Position numbers and translations under genes: made by a program. A DNA stretch of 64,000 nt from Laetmonice hystrix. Taxonomy: Eukaryota. The notes under the pieces are model-generated. The model was given only the letters and a program-made list of their open reading frames with translations, did not search any database and was not told the DNA's origin. This document shows, piece after piece, positions 25,826 to 38,995 of the stretch (the first letter of the stretch is position 1; each line of letters begins with the position of its first letter). Location of the stretch: contig OZ249436.1 of NCBI GenBank assembly GCA_965235115.1, forward strand, positions 21,330,001-21,394,000, given 5' to 3'.

Positions 25826-26930
25826 AGTCAGTGCCTGCTGGGACTGGGTGGACGTTCCCTGGTACAAACCCACAGTCTGTGCCTGCTGGGACTGGGTGGA
25901 CGTTCCCTGGTACAAACCCACAGTCTGTGCCTGCTGGGACAGGGTGGACGTTCCCTGGTACAAACCCACAGTCTGTGCCTGCTGGGACTGGGTGGACGTT
26001 CCCTGGTACAAACCCACAGTCTGTGCCTGCTGGGACTGGGTGGACGTTCCCTGGTACAAACCCACAGTCTGTGCCTGCTGGGACTGGGTGGACGTTCCCT
26101 GGTACAAACCCACAGTCTGTGCCTGCTGGGACTGGGTGGACGTTCCCTGGTACAAACCCACAGTCAGTGCCTGCTGAGACTGGGTGGACGTTCCCTGGTA
26201 CAAACCCACAGTCAGTGCCTGCTGGGACTGGGTGGACGTCCCCTGGTACAAACCCACAGTCTGTGCCTGCTGGGACAGGGTGGACGTTCCCTGGTACAAA
26301 CCCACAGTCTGTGCCTGCTGGGACTGGGTGGACGTTCCCTGGTACAAACCCACAGTCTGTGCCTGCTGGGACAGGGTGGACGTTCCCTGGTACAAACCCA
26401 CAGTCTGTGCCTGCTGGGACTGGGTGGACGTTCCCTGGTACAAACCCACAGTCTGTGCCTGCTGGGACTGGGTGGACGTTCCCTGGTACAAACCCACAGT
26501 CTGTGCCTGCTGGGACTGGGTGGACGTTCCCTGGTACAAACCCACAGTCTGTGCCTGCTGGGACTGGGTGGACGTTCCCTGGTACAAACCCACAGTCAGT
26601 GCCTGCTGAGACTGGGTGGACGTTCCCTGGTACAAACCCACAGTCTGTGCCTGCTGGAACTGGGTGGACGTTCCCTGGTACAAACCCACAGTCTGTGCCT
26701 GCTGGGACTGGGTGGACGTTCCCTGGTACAAACCCACAGTCTGTGCCTGCTGGGACAGGGTGGACGTTCCCTGGTACAAACCCACAGTCTGTGCCTGCTG
26801 GGACTGGGTGGACGTTCCCTGGTACAAACCCACAGTCTGTGCCTGCTGGGACAGGGTGGACGTTCCCTGGTACAAACCCACAGTCTGTGCCTGCTGGGAC
26901 TGGGTGGACGTTCCCTGGTACAAACCCACA
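25826..26930. repeat. 48-bp minisatellite, ~23 copies
   Basis: Unit GTGCCTGCTGGGACWGGGTGGACGTTCCCTGGTACAAACCCACAGTCW; explains the 376-aa and 408-aa periodic ORFs. Confidence 0.98.
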
Positions 26931-27365
26931 TTTCCCTATACTACTACGACTCCGAGCTGTAGCATGCAGTGCAGTATGTGACGGTCACACTGAGCAGTGG
27001 TCCATGCCGCCCATGTGTGTGTGTCTACACAAACATCTTCTTTATCATTTACACTGATACGTTTTTAATGAAGGCCTTACTCCTCCATGTTCTTTATTGT
27101 TGTTTTAGTAATTAGTTATCATCATTATTATCATTGCCATCATTAGCATTATTACAATTATGCATACAATTATCATCATAGCCACCCGTCGCTATCATCA
27201 TAAATCACTCATCAACATACATTATGTCGTTGAGTGAAAACATGCCGACAATGGGCGATGGTGGAGCGGGTCCCTTGGCCGGCATCAAACGAGTTGTGCA
27301 GGCGGCAGTAATACCATGAAACACAGCCTCTGTGATCTCCGCGCAGTTATTTTACGCCTCCCTGC

Positions 27366-27482
27366 CCTATCAAAGACGGCAGATTGTGTCGGTCACAAAA
27401 CAACCTATCAAAGACGGCAGATTGTGTCGGTCACAAAACAACCTATCAAAGACGGCAAATTGTGTCGGTCACAAAACAACTA
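27366..27482. repeat. 38-bp tandem repeat, 3 copies
   Basis: CCTATCAAAGACGGCARATTGTGTCGGTCACAAAACAA x3. Confidence 0.92.
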
Positions 27483-28969
27483 CTCATCAAGGAGGGTCCT
27501 TGGTTGGAGCTGAATTCATGTGGTTAGGGTAAAATAGAATGCACGGCTGTTGGCTGTTTATAAGGATGCTCTCATGCTGCCGCGAAAAGATGAGGAATTA
27601 TACTCAGATTATAAACACTTGACTGACTCTATACTAAACATGTGTGCCCTACCTCCCCTCTGATATTATTAATATACACTCTATTACCGCTAGGCCATCG
27701 ATGTTTCAAGCTATTTTGACATCGACAAAGAACACCCACACATCAACACGCCCATGAAATACACGTTGAAATGCATGCGCGCGTGCGTGAGGGTCTGGTC
27801 TAAGTGCACGCGCGTGTACTCATGCCACAACCATTCACTGCATGGTATAAAAATACCGTCCCGATATAAATCTATCCCCACTGAGATTGACCGGGAGACC
27901 TGCCCACTATAATAATGTTACCCAGCAGGAACATTTATTATGTATGTGTGTGCGTCAACTACCGTTTACCCGCGCGCACTGCGTAAAGACAAAGAAAGAT
28001 ACAAAGAAAGACAAGCATTATACATAATTCCCCCTGTCTGTTATGTCATAAGGTTATGAGAACGCTGTGAGCACGTGTAAAGAGCAACACGTGAGGAGTA
28101 GGAACGCCTCTTCCAGCCTAGAAATGGCTCATGTACCCTGGTCCCTGTGTGTAACCGTCACTGGTGTTTCCAATCAGTTCAATGAGCGGGCCGGGGGTGT
28201 CATCGGGGGCCAGGGTCCAACAACGGGCCGGCCACGCCCGCCGCCCCGCCAGACACTGCCGCCCGCCAGACCGCCAGACCGCTGAGGCGTGGCCAACCGA
28301 AAACCAACGGTAAAAAACTAATTTACCAAGGTGGAAATACTCAGGCAAAATATGTGGGTTATTCGGTGTTACATGATTCCGCCTGAGTCAACCCAGACCT
28401 GCGTCTTTTTCTGTCTTATATTATTTCTTCTTCATTCATTTTTTCCGTTGTTTTACTTCTCAATTTCTTTCTCTATTTCTTACTCTGCGCCTCTCTTTTT
28501 CTCTCAGTCTTCCACAGATTCATCATGGTTAACGTGACTTTCATCGCCAGCGTTTGCTCTAAAGGGGCGTTGCGGTTTGGAGTGATTCCCATAATACTAT
28601 CATGCGATTAAAATAACATTTGGTGTATACGCTGCCAAGATTTATTTCTATTTTTATGTGTCTGGTGCATGTTTCACATGCAGGTCCATTCGATTGACAA
28701 GGCCTTCCCGTTCTCAACACATTTCACAGTATAGTGGCCTATCGCCAGACGCCCACATGTTTGCCTGTCAACGTTTATCTGCCTGGTCCCCGTTCCCACC
28801 CTGGTCCCTTGGCGCGGGCACGCCTTTGTCGACCACGCCCGTCCGCCGTCCCCCGGCCGCCCGGCCAGCCGTCGGCCTACAGGCGGCGGCCGCCCGTCGT
28901 CATCAGGACCGATACCATGGCCCGTACACAATGTACGACTACATGATAATCTCGGGCATCTCCGTCAAG

Positions 28970-29003
<34 letters not shown>

Positions 29004-32000
29004 TCCTCCTCCTCTTCCCCCCTATATAGTGACGGTGTGAAGCCAAGCGTACGACGACGACGTCCCCCATGCCCTTCGCAATCATGTGCTCTGTGACGTT
29101 GTCGGAGTGTCTCTATAGACCACCTGGGAGAGCCAGCGGCGGCCGGCGTGCGTGGCCACTCGGAACGTGTCGGAGCGGCCTCCCCCGGGACCCGCGGCCG
29201 GCCGAGGCGGCAACGGCGCTGTTGGGAACGGTCGCAACCCGTGTACAGAAAACAGCCATATGCATCATCCACGCTCCGGTCGCCGTTACATAAGGACCGA
29301 CAACAAAACATGCATATTTCATACGGCGCTATCATGCAGTATACAGCTGGGTGTGTTATGGCGGCGTCTTATCACCCTCTTGCCATCCTTTCTACTGCCT
29401 GCTCGAGCCATTCTCTCCTGTCTCAGCCACCCTCCCCCTCCACCCCCTGGGGAGCCTCCGCCATATTCCCGCTGCATACATTTATGTATAACCATAGCCA
29501 TTCTCATTCATAGCCCATTGTGGCAGCGTCTGCATGACTTGTATTGGTGGGCCACAGGTCCTGACCGCTAGGTCCACTGACCACACGGACCTGTGCTGGG
29601 GTGGCCGGCTTGGGTTGGCTCTCGGGTTACCAATAGTACATTTGTAATGAGGTGTTATACCTATTCTCACAGAGATAGGCTTACAGGCAGTATCCCGGTC
29701 ACCACGGGGCTATATAGGCCCATACACGCTCATAACATACGGCTCTACGTGGTAGACATTCAGAATATCATACATGGGGATGTAGGAAAGGAAATTTTAT
29801 TCGGATAAATGTAGGATTTGAAAGAGAATGGCATGGAGATCGTCACCTCAGCAGATGGGAAATAATGGTGTAATGTGTCAGCCAGGACTGTTCCATGAAG
29901 GCCCCTACAATCAGTCTCCTACTGGAGGATAGGGAGGCCGATATTATACCGAGGTGTTGGCCGCCTGCCACCAGCTGTACAGAGTTAATATATCTCCTGA
30001 TTGCTCACGTCAGTTCGCTGAGTTCCAACACCCTCATCCCACCGTTAATTGGGTGTCTTATCATCATGCTTATGGCGTTCCAACACGCTCGCACGCCTTG
30101 ACCTTCGCCTGGTCGGGAGGCGGGTATCATCCTCGGTTCTCGCCCGGTCTCACATTGCCGACACTCACCGCTCGACGCGCCCCCTGTCGGCCATCCCTGC
30201 CCCTAACACCCATACCAACATTCCGATCTCAACCGCTGGAGTCGGGGCTGGCGGTAATCAGAATTAATGACACAAGTCAGTCCAAGTAGAATGGTTGCAC
30301 AAATAAACATTTTCATTGGCCTGGACATTGTTGTTACGAATACTATTCACAGTAACGTATTCCACAAAACATTATATCTTATTTGCTGTCGCCTGTGAAA
30401 TGACTCGGTTGAAATGAAGAGGCAGCGAGACATTTCTGTGGTAAACGTCAAATAAAGTGTCAGATTTCAGAATGACGGTCTTTGAGACTCTTTATGACGA
30501 TGGTTTACCTGGCCTTCATAAACATTCCTTGAAGATCTCTCCAGCCATATAGGCACCAAAGGAATTCGGCCAACACCATGGGATAAACAAAACCTGACGT
30601 AATGCTGACATCTGAGTCAGAGGTAAACCATAGAAGAAGTAAATATATATTTCTATATGTTAATCAAAATGATGATTCAAAGTTTATAACAGAAGAAAAG
30701 GGGGGTCAGTCTGTGACATGCCAGCTGGGATCAACGTCTAGCTCCGTTACTGAGAACTTACTTCAGAATGCTATTTGCAGAGGAAGAAGTGAACTAAAGT
30801 ACCAAGCTGTACGTCTCTATAATAGTTGTTACAGAGTCTGAAAGGTAAGCATGTAATTTGGCTTCAAAAGAGAAAAAAGTGCCAGTTCAATGCCTGTTGC
30901 AGTGATATAAATATGGGCATACACAACATATCATGAAGAATACAACACTCGACGCCACATCAAAGAGCCGAAGTGCCGACGTGTATATAGTAAGGTGGCA
31001 TGTCTGTGTAATATGGCTAGGTTCCAGGCAGTGCGACCCCTACCAACCCACCAAAGCGACTATTTTTGCATGTTTTCCTCTATTAATCACATACCAGTAC
31101 GCACCAATGGCCAAGGGTGGCGGGTCCCAGATAGCAATCGCCTGTGCTACCTGGGCTTTGCCATTGGTATGTAACCCCGGTCTCCCTAAAACGTTGCCGC
31201 TGTACCAATTAAAACTGTTTAAGATGTCACCATGCTTGTTTCTGATGGCTATAATAGTCAGGTCCCGGAGTCCTATATGACATAGTAATTTTGTGGAACA
31301 AAAGGCACAGTTTGCCAGTCATCCAATGGGTCATTACTGTCATTATACGAGCATCTTGTATACATAGTGTGGTTTTAATGTGCGGTGTGGGGGTCAGGGC
31401 AGTACGCCCGAGCTGGGGTTCGGGGACGGCCCCAAGGGGTAACGTGGTGGGAGGGAAGAGGTCACGCCCCCTGGTGTCAAATACGGTAAGGACGACATTA
31501 AGCTGGAGTTTGACTGTATGAAGACAACCCTGTCATTAACTATACTATATTATATTAGCTCCTGCCTACACTAAATTCTTCAGATTTGGTAATTTTATAC
31601 TTATTAGGGCTTAGCCTGAAGCTTTTGTAGAATAGGCTCTGTTTCATGGAAAGATAGAACCACTGTATATAGTGACTGCAGTTGTGACGGACGAATCCAC
31701 TACTATTTTCTATAGGAGCTGAAAGGTACAATGATGCATCCATGGAAATTATCTCATGGAAGATTTATACATGAATACATGTGTCGGCGTACGATACCAG
31801 GTGACATACACATGAATACATTGTATATCTATATTTTAATAATACCGGTATCAATCTGACCTGCTATTGGATACATTTTTATAGGTTAATATATTAGATG
31901 GGAAAGTTAATCACATAGGCAAAGGATGTAGGCTTATGTCCTTGTCCCATGGTATATCGACCCAATAAACATGAACAGTCAATTTGAAAACTGAAACATG

Positions 32001-33171
32001 TTTTGTCGGATCTATACATAGTGAGGATATCAAATCCTGCTCTTTCAGTACTGGTTTTAAAATTTCCCTCTCAATAGTACGGCCGTTTTAACTTATCAAC
32101 AAAATCTTCCGACGGATAACGACATGCTATACATCAGTTATATGCATATTTTATCAGATTCAACCATCAGAAACGTTATGAAAGTGAAATTCTCTAAACG
32201 TAGCTAAACTGTATAGATAAACTGACAAAATGTAGTATCAGTGCCTAGTTCAGGAAGCGGAGAAATGGGGGTAAATGGTATTAAACTCATTATAGCGGCC
32301 CATTGACAGTGGAGAGCACCGTTATGGTTGGCTTGAGGATACGGATAACTCCTTATCTTTAGTTCCGATTCACTTAGTGGTCGGCAAGTTTTATCTGGCC
32401 GACCATGGCTTTCCGAACCCTGGGCATATTGTACCAATTGGCCGGGTAATGTGACTGGAGGCACGGCGCCGGGGATCGCGCTAGGCGTGGCCGAGGGAAC
32501 AGCGGGGTTCTGGCAGGGCTTTATCCGAGCCTGGCGGGGGGACGGGGGACCCCTGGCCGGCGGCCCGTACGGCACTCCGACAGGCCGTGTCCGGGGCCCG
32601 GCGGGGGACGGCCAGAGGGGACGACCGCAGGCTTTATCGCCGTCAACAGGCGGCGGAGCCGGGCGTACTGTCGGCGGGAAACATAGCCCGATATACGCCG
32701 ACCACTCTCTCTATACATCACGCCCGGATCACAGCGCCTGATCCGGAACATGGCCCAGACCCGCGGCTATACTCTGTAACATATGGGACTCGACATTCCC
32801 GCTTCACTCGCATTTACATGCAGTTTAAAAGAAATGGTGTAGCCCTAGATTCTTTTTAGATATTTAGATAGGGGCCATTGACCTTTGATATTGACACGCC
32901 TAAAGTGACTTTGCATGCACGCCTAAAGTGACTTTGCATACAAGAAGAATATAGTTGTTTCTGTTTTTTGTTTAAAAATAAATCACCTCGCTCCTCATCA
33001 TTCAAAATATTGTATCAGCCTATGCATGTCAGATCTAGATAAGGACAAGGGCATGTCTATAAGTCTCCCAATACGTATAGACACGTATAGACATATTCAT
33101 CCATAGTTCCTCAACTTTTATAGCTCGGATTGTAAAGCAATCAGTTGTGTAATGGGACCCAGTTTTCGTAC

Positions 33172-33475
33172 CTTTGGCTCGGCCGGTTTTCCCGCGTCCA
33201 TAAGGATCCATCCTCGCTAACGGCCCCAGACTGTCATAGTCGAAGGCGTGCGGACCCATGGCGAAGTTGACGGCCTGGTCGTAAGAACAAGGAGACCGGG
33301 TCGGGTATTCCACCTTATGGGGATGATAGTGTTCCTGGGCGCACTTGGCGGCGTAGGCAGCGGCGGCCGACTGGTAGTGGTCGGCCGGGTGGTGCGGAGC
33401 GTAGCCGGGGCCGGCGTGGTGGCCGTGTGCCCCGTACGGGCTCGAGTAGGCGTCCGGTAGATACATCATGTCCAT
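33172..33475 (-). CDS. Pax2/5/8: Probable distal alternative first coding exon of Pax2/5/8 (His/Tyr/Ala/Pro-rich, 101 codons + 1 nt)
   Basis: ATG at 33475; MDMMYLPDAYSSPYGAHGHHAGPGYAPHHPADHYQSAAAAYAAKCAQEHYHPHKVEYPTRSPCSYDQAVNFAMGPHAFDYDSLGPLARMDPYGRGKTGRAK has strong GC3 bias and transcription-factor-like composition. Composition drops to AT-rich exactly at donor AAA G|gtacga (33172/33171). Phase 1 fits the paired exon (K-G-HGGVNQ) or the 20984 acceptor. I found no other DNA-binding-domain exon in between. Coding status is fairly secure; assignment to Pax2/5/8 is inferred. Confidence 0.7.
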
Positions 33476-33589
33476 TGCCGGTCAAACACACAAACACCAA
33501 AACACCAGCTCCTCGTACTTAACAAGAAACAACTCCTGGTTTCACGTGGCGTCACTCATTTAAAAAAATAAATTAATTAAACGCTAGAT

Positions 33590-33650
33590 ATCCCGGCTAG
33601 CTTTTCCCCGGCTTGCATAGATGACATTTATATAGTGGCATTGGCCTGCT
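33590..33650 (-). promoter_or_regulatory. Candidate TATA promoter for the distal exon
   Basis: TATATAAA on the minus strand at 33634-33627, CCAAT at 33644-33640, ~150 bp upstream of ATG 33475. Confidence 0.35.
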
Positions 33651-36600
33651 GGTCGTCTTACACACTTAGAACAAGATGGGAGTCTCCCTGTGCTGTGCCA
33701 GGTGTATAGGTGTGCAGTCTTCCCAGAAAAGTTACAAGGATGGAGCCAGAATGGCGTGGAGTTCTCAATGTGACCCGGGCTGTCGCTTGCCCGCCCCTCC
33801 ACTTTCCCGTTACGTTCAGTGATCACGCAGCCGACCCTACAGAGTGGAGACGGCCACTGATGTTTAGGCCCGAAGACAATCAGTCAGCGAGCCAATAGAC
33901 GACTGGGACACAGCCCGCCGACGATCTGTTCCAATCTTCCACGCGGTGGCGTATCAGGCGCGAGGTCGCAATCCTGCTGCATGCTTTTTCATACCGCTTA
34001 ATGGTGCCTGTTGCTTTTGTCCACGCAAACTTACACGCATCACTCGAGTGAGCACACCTATAGGCACGGCTATAGCAGGCCCTCTCCCGCGGCACCAGTG
34101 TGGGGATGGGCTAGAGTTTGAGGCTCGTTGAATAGGCAATAGGCATGAATAGTGGCCAATCTGCATGCATCTCCATACACAATGAGCCGCAGCGTTGAGC
34201 AGTGATCATGTAAATGGTGTAAGTGATACGGTTAACATGCACACGGCCGCATGCTTGCTGACTGGACGGCTGGTTGGTTCCTACCACTTGTGTTGCCGCC
34301 GTAAGGGGAGAGCTTTGCGATGACCCGCCAGCGACAAGTGCAACAAGCTGCCCTCCCTCCCCTCAAACCAGCATCCACCAAACCAGCATCTATCGCTGCC
34401 GCAATCTGCTCCACCGCCCACCCTCCCGCCCGCCTATAGCCTGTGCCGCACCCCCGCCTCCTCCACCTCCTCCTCCTCCACCTCCTCCTTCTCCTCCTCC
34501 TCTCCTCTCGTTGGTCGGTTAGCGAGGTGATGCGAACCCCAAAGTGCTGTCAAAAGGCGAGTGATTAAATAGCTTCTACAGAACCATTCGTCGGCGCGGT
34601 GCTCTTTGGGGCCGCGCGGCCTTTTCCGTCAACCGATCGCTTTTCCACACCAACTTGATGTGGTCTCCCTGTAACTCGATTCCCAAACAGTGTGCCACGC
34701 GATACGCTTACTTACAGCTTCCAAAAAAGGTGGATAATAAAAAATGGACCGTGAGCGTGGCAAAGGACGGTAACGGAGTGGGAGGGCCGCTGGCGGTTGG
34801 GGCACCCCCTCCCCTAGCTCCCCCTCCCTCCCCTATACCTGTAACGGAACGTGGCCCAGACAATGACTAGCTTACAGAGCATGAGAATGACCCACTCCGT
34901 CCCTGGCCAATGGTCGGCCTATAGGTCTACTGTGGGACCGTTTTTGCCCCAGCAGACACTCAGGGGTTGGTTGGCGGGGAGTCGGATAGAGATATCAATG
35001 GTACACGAGTTTATTGTTGTTGTGGACGCGCTGATCGCCTCAGAATGGACGCATGATGTGGAAGACTAGCCTTCACTTGACACAACTTACAACCAGCTTG
35101 TCCCTATTGGTTGCATGGGTAGACAGTTGGGAGGCGAGGGCGCACGCTTATAGAGGTGGGCCGTACGCACAAACCAAGGTGTGGCCAACCCCCGGCGTTG
35201 GGGCGGGGACTGGCGGCTAGGCTCGGCCGGCCACGACATCGGCATCAGTCGAGGCTCGCCACACCTCATGAACCCTGATAAAACATTACCTGTTCCTCCA
35301 CAATACCCGCCACCTTACATCGCCCGCCAGCAGCAGCAGAGTTAGGGCGTTGTCATGGCAACAACGCGTGCCTACCCAAGCTGCGTGCCTGGGATGCGCA
35401 GTGGAAACCGCACAGTGTTGGCACTGCGCAGCTCCACAGTTACCGCGGATGGTAGCCTAACCATCATCATCTAAATGTATTGTATTATAGATAGGCCTAA
35501 ATAGTCATAAATCATATATACATTTACTTTTATTTCATCATCTTTTCCATCACCGTCTTTTCTCCCTCCTTCTTATCCTTCTATTGTGGATTCATTGGGG
35601 GTAATTCTGAATTTCACATTAAACCAGAAGTTTCCTATTAGCTATACAGTACTACAAGAAGCCCATGCGTGCTGAGAAACGACCAGGGTACACCCTACAA
35701 CAGTAAGTACCGTTTTGACCAGTAAACACTTGACACTCCAACATGCTATCAGTGACTTGTGGCCAACCGATCATGAGTCAAATCTACCAGACAAACTCCA
35801 GAGACTGAGGTTATGCCATCACGCTGTGAAAGTATGCGGGGGTGATGGGTGGGGGCGGGGACCCCCTGCCCGCGCGGCACACCGACACTGGCCACTTATC
35901 TTAATTTTACTAATTATCCCCGTGGTTTAATGAGAGTCTGTCGGCTCACGGTTTGATGTCAGCTCAAGTTGCACTTGCTCCGCGGCATCTGTCGCGGCGC
36001 TTTATTCCATCACTGCATCATACGAGACGAACAGTCACAAACACACTCACCACTTTAATGAGTATTTTAGTGTTTGCATATGCAACGATTAGCAAAGCCT
36101 CCGCCGACAAAAAGACGACATGGACTTCAAGGAGAAGCGCACTCTGCTGTAGGAAATCAGAATTTACATTCCTGCAATCATAGGCCGATATATTTCACAT
36201 GGCGGCATCTTGGGAGACAATTCTCTTGGCGGTACTGCCTATAGCTGTCGGTGGAAACGGATTACCAACATGAAACAGGCATCATCAAAGGGGCCCAGAA
36301 CCATGACCTTGCAAACTAATGTAAAACTTGTTTCGGTTATCCGGATAGCGCGCGCTTTTTTTTCATCCAATCCCCTTGCCGCCGTCATTGTGAGAGAGAC
36401 GCGGGACCTCTCTCATGAGAGAGATTAAATCCGCGCTGGCTGTCTGGCTCGTCAGTGCAGCGTCTCAGAAATGAATGACAAGAACCGAACAGGGCTCTAG
36501 GTCTGCGGCAAGCTACATACTCAATAGCGCTATCCACTCTCGCTTAACACTTTGTGAAAAGCAAGAATAAAGCATTTTAATTGCGTTGGAATATGAATTA

Positions 36601-38509
36601 AAGTTTTCATCCATCAGTGCAATTAGCATAGAAAACTGGCTAATGAAGTTGGGCCCGGCTAATTACGTCTCTTGTGCCGTGTGAGCGATGGGGCCATTCA
36701 AGGCGCGCGTGTGGCTCAATGGAATCACGTCTTCATATTTCAACTTGATAAACTTTAGTGACAGCCCACTGAGCTGCGAAATTACATTATTTGCTTCCAC
36801 CAGTTGGTCGGGCAAAACTTTTAGTGGGCCAGATTTCGTTCGAAATAACTCATTTTTCCGAGAGAGTGCGGAACTAACGTGGCGTTGAGAGTGGTGTAGT
36901 ATTGGGTAGAGGGCCCCAACACCTTGCTTGTAGCATATCGCCTCCTGTCAGGATCCCGAGGGTGGGGGTGGGGCGCGGCCCCAGGCCCCGTACCGCACCC
37001 ACCCCCACCCCAACCCATCGACGGGCTCGATCAGCGTCCACGCTTACAGCTCGGCGCTCATACAGCGACTCGGTATCCGCCACCGACCGCAGCGCCACCA
37101 CGTGTGGAGGTGTCGAACGGCAACACTAACATACCCTGTCAGTGTGTTCACCTGACTTACCCCACACCCCCACCCCCAACCCCACCCCCACCCCCGCATG
37201 GTCAGCCTTATCACCGGCCAGGGACTGCTGCCTCCGGTTCAACCCAACTGGGCAATAGACGATGGGATTGGGAGTTCGGTTTGGGGGTAATCACAGGCAG
37301 GGTGACTGTTGGCTGTTTGTTACCCCCTCCCCCACCTCCCGGCCCGGCCGAGCTATAGATCCACGGTTTATAACATGCTCATCACGCCCCAATCTTCACG
37401 AGTCGGCAGCTGACTAAAAGTCCGACCTGAGGGTAAGCAACATTAGTCCCGCCCCTTGGCCACGGCTACCATAACACACCTATACACCAGTCGATGGTGG
37501 AGGCGCGTTTTTCTCCACCTGATGGATGGTGACAGAATTGCCATTTCAATAAAATAAACTACACTTTAACACCCTGCAAAGTCTAGACATCTCTGAACTT
37601 TGTACAAGGATGTGGCGGGCATTTTAAATACATGGGCGACACAAGCGGTAGTGTTATCAAAAACTATAACCGTATAGCAAAGCAATTAATCACAGATCAA
37701 GATACAGGGCCAAAACGACACGTTTCCAACCCAGGAATGATGTACACACACAGGCTACAACATCTGTCAACTCTGAGCGTGCTGCGACCATCCCGTACGC
37801 GCTCCTCTGAACCAGGAACGAGATGAAATCGACGGTTCACTTTGGGGCGTAGTCACCGGCAGGCGGCCCATTCGAAGGCGCCACCTTGTGGTATGACGAC
37901 GAACTAGATTCGTTCGGTAGTTGCCCGTTCAGTCGTCCTGCGCGCTCCAAGTCTCGTGGCTGAGCTAACCGCCATCCAAGAATTTTATATTGCACTAAAC
38001 ATAAATTATTATACTTGTGCAAATTATATGAAAAAGAACGCGATGAAAAAGATGGTAGGGCCTAGTTTATAAGGTAGGGTGTAATTTGGACAGTGCTGTA
38101 TTTTATGTAAATATTTAGCGACAGAGAGACCGGGCACGACATAGACTCCGTCTACGTCTTATTTCATGTCTCAAACTCAGGATAGGCCTACTTTTTCAAA
38201 ATTTCTTTTAAAAAATGTACAGGTCACTTCCTTATTACAATTCACATTTGAAATATTAAACAGCTCCCCCCCTCCAAAATATGGATAATAACAATGATAA
38301 TAATGACTTTATTCCAGAGGTAAAATGGAACAGCTAAAGATAAAGATAAAAAAAAGTTAAAGATAAAAACGCTATATTATCGCCAATAATAGCATTTAGG
38401 CTATATTATCGACAGGGGGATACATGCGCTCCCAGCTCCCCCCCCCCCCTCACTCCCATCTCCCAAAATCCTGGACACACCCCTCATCTAGCAAAGAGGA
38501 TGACAAAGT

Positions 38510-38995
38510 GATGACGTCACACAGAGCGGAAGTGTTTACTACGGCGCCCCCTGGCGCCCTATCCCCGAACTAGTCTCCCCGTTTGAAACCCTGCGCTTCC
38601 TGCTGATGTTACGGCGTGACGTCATTCGATTACGTCATCATCATTCAGGTAGCGAACACGCACTTTATATCCTATTTTGGCCAGACTACTTTTGGACTAT
38701 TTATAATAGTGCTGAGTTGTGTGTGGCTCCGTGAACAGTCAGGATAGACTCCATCCTATATAATTTGCGTGTGTTTGTGCGTGTCGGGATACAACAACTG
38801 ACAGAGGACTTCAATCATGTCGTGCCGTTCTCTCGGTGCAGATTTTATGACACACGAGCAGCGTTCTGATGATTGACCTTACTTTTTTTAACTTCACAGG
38901 CCAAGCATATTAAGCACCTGGGTTGGTAACATGCAGGGCATCAGACAGGGTGAGGGTAACTTTGTGACCTCCCGTTGAAGAGCCACTAGGGGGTC
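38510..38995. promoter_or_regulatory. Motif-dense element: CRE, ETS and two CTCF-like sites
   Basis: TGACGTCA 38512-38519 and 38617-38624, TTACGTCA 38630-38637, CGGAAGT 38527-38533, CTCF-like GGCGCCCCCTGGCGCCC 38543-38559 (reverse) and CCACTAGGGGGTC 38983-38995 (forward). Confidence 0.4.

Noticed and set aside
25799..27057. 376-aa and 408-aa repetitive proteins
   Set aside because: Artefacts of the 48-bp array; open in several frames with no flanking exon structure.
35059..35075. miR-7-like TGGAAGACTAG (and miR-184-like GGACGGAGAAC at ~62107)
   Set aside because: Only ~11-nt matches, divergent 3' halves, no evident precursor hairpin.
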